A DNA stretch of 38,172 nt, from UHGV virus genome UHGV-0200643; one strand, 5' to 3'. The notes beneath the pieces are model-generated. The model ran no database searches, had not been told where the DNA came from, and was given only the letters and a program-made list of their open reading frames with translations. This DNA comes from a virus. Each line of letters opens with the position of its first letter. The first letter of the stretch is position 1. This document shows positions 35,363 to 38,172 of this stretch, piece by piece. A program made the position numbers and the translations under genes.

Positions 35363-35551
35363 ATGAATATTACAGAAGAAGCTGAATATTTTATAGAATT
35401 ACCAGCAAAACAGAATAAACTTTATGTGAATTATGATATCGAAGAGAATATCAGCATTGATGCGATCAGAGTAACTCGTTTTACGGAAGTAGAAATCAAA
35501 TCAATTGATGAAAGATACTGGCCGTTTGCTGTGCCAGTCGAGAAAGTGTAG
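35363..35551 (+). CDS. Hypothetical early protein (62 aa)
   Basis: Coupled to the upstream gene. Confidence 0.35.
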   Translation: MNITEEAEYFIELPAKQNKLYVNYDIEENISIDAIRVTRFTEVEIKSIDERYWPFAVPVEKV

Positions 35552-35561
35552 GTTCAATCGG

Positions 35562-35849
35562 ATGATCAAAAAAATAAAAACTTTGATCGATGGTTTTCTG
35601 CTAGAAAGAAAACTCGTTAAGGTTAGAGAATTAATAAAGAGTCATATAGATAGCGGTGAACGTTCAATGTATTGGGTCGCCACTGATAGCGAAAAGCAGA
35701 ATGTTATGAACATGATCAGATTTTTTGAGATTGCATTCGAAGATGGATATTTTGCGACTGGTGAGTATTTTGATGCATCTTCATGGATGTCTTCGAATCC
35801 AGAAGAAGTGTGGCAAATTTATTTGGAAATGAAAGAGGTGGCGGAATGA
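35562..35849 (+). CDS. Hypothetical early protein (about 95 aa)
   Basis: Internal ATG of track ORF 35505..35849, located after the upstream stop. Confidence 0.35.
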   Translation: MIKKIKTLIDGFLLERKLVKVRELIKSHIDSGERSMYWVATDSEKQNVMNMIRFFEIAFEDGYFATGEYFDASSWMSSNPEEVWQIYLEMKEVAE

Positions 35850-36190
35850 CAGAATATAAAATAGGCGACAGAGTGCTTTATAACGGCGTCGAAGGAACTG
35901 TCGTTAATCGTGTTGGTGAACTTTATGAGGTTAGACTAGATGTCGAAGGCGGTCGATATCTTTATGCAGATCAGATGGAACCATTAAAAGAAGCTAAAGG
36001 GTGTATGTACTGCAAGCATGGCGAACCGTTGAATGATACCAGCAATTCTAACTTTGCCTTGATTGTTAAAAAAGGTGAAAGTTCCTATTATCTTGAATCT
36101 GAATATGATCCGGGTGAATGGAATGATAATGATTGGGGAAATATTAATTATTGCCCAATGTGTGGGCGGAAATTGGAGGTAACGGAATGA
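35846..36190 (+). CDS. Zinc-ribbon protein (CxxC...CPMC)
   Basis: MTEYKIGDRV...CMYCKHG...CPMCGRKL. RBS GAGGTGG. Confidence 0.45.
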   Translation: MTEYKIGDRVLYNGVEGTVVNRVGELYEVRLDVEGGRYLYADQMEPLKEAKGCMYCKHGEPLNDTSNSNFALIVKKGESSYYLESEYDPGEWNDNDWGNINYCPMCGRKLEVTE

Positions 36191-36555
36191 GGGAAGAAAA
36201 ATACATTGATACGTCTTTAACTGACGAGCAGTTAGCCCTCTTTGGAATTAAGAGTTTTCCCGAGACGGAACAGTACATCCAAGTCAACGACACACGCTAC
36301 ACGTTAGACGAGTTTAATCGTGTAGGGGACTTTTTGCTGGGGTGGGAACTCACCGACGATCAGCAGGTTGTGTTGGAGTGGTTGAAAGAAGAAAAAACTA
36401 ATTCCAACCTTACAGCATTCGATTGTATTTACTCGTTTATTTATGGGAATCCAAAAGATATTGTTACACAAATTTGGTCAGAATTAAATGAAAAAGAAGA
36501 AGGTCAAGTTTTAGAAGCATTCGGCAAATGGGCACAGGAACAGGAGGAAGATTGA
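36187..36555 (+). CDS. Hypothetical early protein
   Basis: ATG 36187 has RBS GGAGGT. Acidic. Confidence 0.4.
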   Translation: MREEKYIDTSLTDEQLALFGIKSFPETEQYIQVNDTRYTLDEFNRVGDFLLGWELTDDQQVVLEWLKEEKTNSNLTAFDCIYSFIYGNPKDIVTQIWSELNEKEEGQVLEAFGKWAQEQEED

Positions 36556-36728
36556 TGGATAAAGAAGTAGTCGCAGTATCAATAAAAAATGGCAAATATT
36601 TCGTTGTTCTTGAAGATAAAACTAGAATCCGAGTAGATTCTGATGAATATAAAAGAGTTAAGCGAAAGCTATCCAAAAACATTACTTTATTCTTAAAAGT
36701 CAACGAGGAGAGTGATTGCGTTGAGTAA
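36555..36728 (+). CDS. Hypothetical small protein (57 aa)
   Basis: RBS GGAGGA. Confidence 0.35.
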   Translation: MDKEVVAVSIKNGKYFVVLEDKTRIRVDSDEYKRVKRKLSKNITLFLKVNEESDCVE

Positions 36729-36942
36729 AAATGTAATCCAAATAACGGAATATGACGGCTTTAGCGATGAATTCCAACGATCGTATTTGCTAAACAACAT
36801 GGATAAAGGTGGAATTGTTTTTACTGAAATGCAGACCAGTCAAGCAATGGCACGCATCGGGCAGTTAAATACTACTAAAAAAATACACGTAGATGTTTAT
36901 AATTTATCAAGCAATATGACTGATTTAAGCAAAGTTTACTGA
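36712..36942 (+). CDS. Hypothetical small protein
   Basis: GTG or TTG start. Confidence 0.3.
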   Translation: MIALSKNVIQITEYDGFSDEFQRSYLLNNMDKGGIVFTEMQTSQAMARIGQLNTTKKIHVDVYNLSSNMTDLSKVY

Positions 36943-36955
36943 GGAGGAAGAGTAA

Positions 36956-37126
36956 TGTTCTTCAAAAAGAAGGATATACCAAGAATAAAAATACGTTCGA
37001 ATGTAATCCAATTTGATGAAATGGGTTATCCGTTAAGGTTATGTATCTTTTCCGATGGTGAGCAGCGATGGGTAGATACGTATGAAAAAGAAGGAGACGT
37101 TGTGTTGAAATGGGAGGAAGAGTGAT
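36956..37126 (+). CDS. Small 56-aa ORF (MFFKKKDIPRIKIRSNVIQFDEMGYPLRLCIFSDGEQRWVDTYEKEGDVVLKWEEE)
   Basis: Strong RBS GAGGAGG at 36941-36947. Missing from the ORF track. Confidence 0.4.
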
Positions 37127-37673
37127 GGTGCCAAAATTTAGAGCTTGGGTAAAACCAGGAGTTTTATCCAACCATCCCGACGGAGTAGTCGCGGATGCAA
37201 AACCCGACTTTTTAGGAATGGAATGCTTAGTAAAGAGAGACGATTTAAAAGGTAAAAAGTGCTTTACTGAAATATTTGATTTCGAAGATGTCGAACTCAT
37301 GCAATCAACAGGACTGAAGGGATACATGGATGACTCATATGATGATTCTGAAGAAAAAGATGTTTTCAAAGGTGATATCATTGATATCTTTTGGGAAGAA
37401 TGGCCTATGGGGTACTACCAAGAAAATCATATGGTTGGCGTGGTAGATTTAGATGAAACAGACACTGCATGGATAATCAGAAATGCTAAATATGACTTTG
37501 ATACTCCAGAAACTATACCTAGTGAAATCGATGGGATTTCTGTTTCCATGAGTTTACCTGACGATGAAGACCTTGAAGAAATATTTTTGCACCATTTTAA
37601 CTTAACATCGAGCGATATAACCATTTTAGGCAACATCTACGAAAATCCAGAGTTGTTGGAGGCGATAGAATGA
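37125..37673 (+). CDS. YopX-family protein
   Basis: The N-terminus MVPKFRAWVKPG matches the characteristic YopX start (M.KFRAWDK...). RBS GGGAGGAAG. Confidence 0.55.
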   Translation: MVPKFRAWVKPGVLSNHPDGVVADAKPDFLGMECLVKRDDLKGKKCFTEIFDFEDVELMQSTGLKGYMDDSYDDSEEKDVFKGDIIDIFWEEWPMGYYQENHMVGVVDLDETDTAWIIRNAKYDFDTPETIPSEIDGISVSMSLPDDEDLEEIFLHHFNLTSSDITILGNIYENPELLEAIE

Positions 37674-37888
37674 AATTAAAAGAATTATTGAAATTTTTAC
37701 CGCATGAAGCTGAAGTAACGTTTGAAATTGTGGAAGAGACTTACCCAATAGGTATTTTAGCAAAAAATATTTTATTAATTTACCCACGAGCTGCAGAATA
37801 TGAGGTAACACTAATAGACGCAGGTATTAGTACGTGCGAAGGAAAAGATATTCCTACACTGTGTATTGAAGTCAGCAATGTAAAGTAG
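37670..37888 (+). CDS. Hypothetical early protein (72 aa)
   Basis: Coupled ORF. Confidence 0.35.
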   Translation: MKLKELLKFLPHEAEVTFEIVEETYPIGILAKNILLIYPRAAEYEVTLIDAGISTCEGKDIPTLCIEVSNVK

Positions 37889-37920
37889 ATCCGCTAACGT
37901 CGCCAATAGAGGAGAATTAC

Positions 37921-38124
37921 ATGAACAAAATTATCAAAGAAGTTAATCTTGTCGCTAAGATTCATGGATATGAAAAATTGAAAGATATAAAGATGGTGGA
38001 TAAAACGAGATATTCAGCACATGTGGGGGAAACGGGTGTCAAGATTTTAGTTGATATTCAGTCTGCAAAAGTTTGGCAATGGTTTCCGTTTCAAAAAAAA
38101 CTATTAATACAAGCGAGAAAATAA
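37921..38124 (+). CDS. Hypothetical early protein (67 aa)
   Basis: RBS GAGGAGAA. Confidence 0.35.
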   Translation: MNKIIKEVNLVAKIHGYEKLKDIKMVDKTRYSAHVGETGVKILVDIQSAKVWQWFPFQKKLLIQARK

Positions 38125-38172
38125 AAAAACACCAAGCTTTCGCTCAGCGCTAAATGTTATCTAGTCAATAAC

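Noticed and set aside
1-38172. CRISPR arrays, tRNA or rRNA genes
   Set aside because: No tRNA-like cloverleaf region was noticed. The only regular repeats are attP arm sites, ori iterons and leader repeats, none with CRISPR repeat-spacer periodicity.

Overview
The window looks like a nearly complete, circularly permuted genome of a temperate siphovirus from a low-GC Gram-positive host (Firmicutes-type RBSs, Cheo-type LexA boxes, ArpU-family late regulator). I cannot name the host genus from sequence alone. Gene order on the + strand is: ArpU-like late regulator; a roughly 500-bp leader; terminase small subunit (TerS), large subunit (TerL) and portal; minor capsid protein (SPP1 gp7-like); scaffold; major capsid; connector and tail-completion genes; major tail protein; two tail-assembly chaperones; a 1552-aa tape measure carrying M23-like and SLT domains; distal tail protein (Dit); tail-associated lysin (Tal); a beta-helix tail protein; BppU-like baseplate protein; two tandem XkdX-like mini-genes; XhlA-like protein; holin; a signal-peptide amidase endolysin; an AT-rich two-gene moron; attP with arm-type repeats and a tyrosine integrase (- strand); a Sie-like membrane protein; an ImmA/ImmR-type lysogeny switch; a cro-like gene; YqaJ/RecT recombination genes; a DnaD-like initiator with internal iterons; a DnaC-like loader; a RecU-like resolvase; and a string of small early genes ending in a YopX-like protein. 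Highlights follow. (1) Two independent -1 programmed frameshift sites would append paralogous Big_2 (Ig-like) domains to the major capsid protein (slippery C_CCA_AAA just before the stop) and to the major tail protein (G-run slip). Each is followed by an intrinsic terminator. (2) Two perfect Cheo-type LexA boxes (CGAAC-N4-GTTCG) are present. One is embedded in a sigma-A promoter for a small minus-strand gene next to attP, and one lies upstream of the integrase. (3) An AT-rich moron sits between the endolysin and attP, bracketed by near-identical terminator hairpins. (4) The attP region carries five GGTGATAG arm-type repeats and what may be a host gene 3' fragment. No tRNA, rRNA or CRISPR array was seen.
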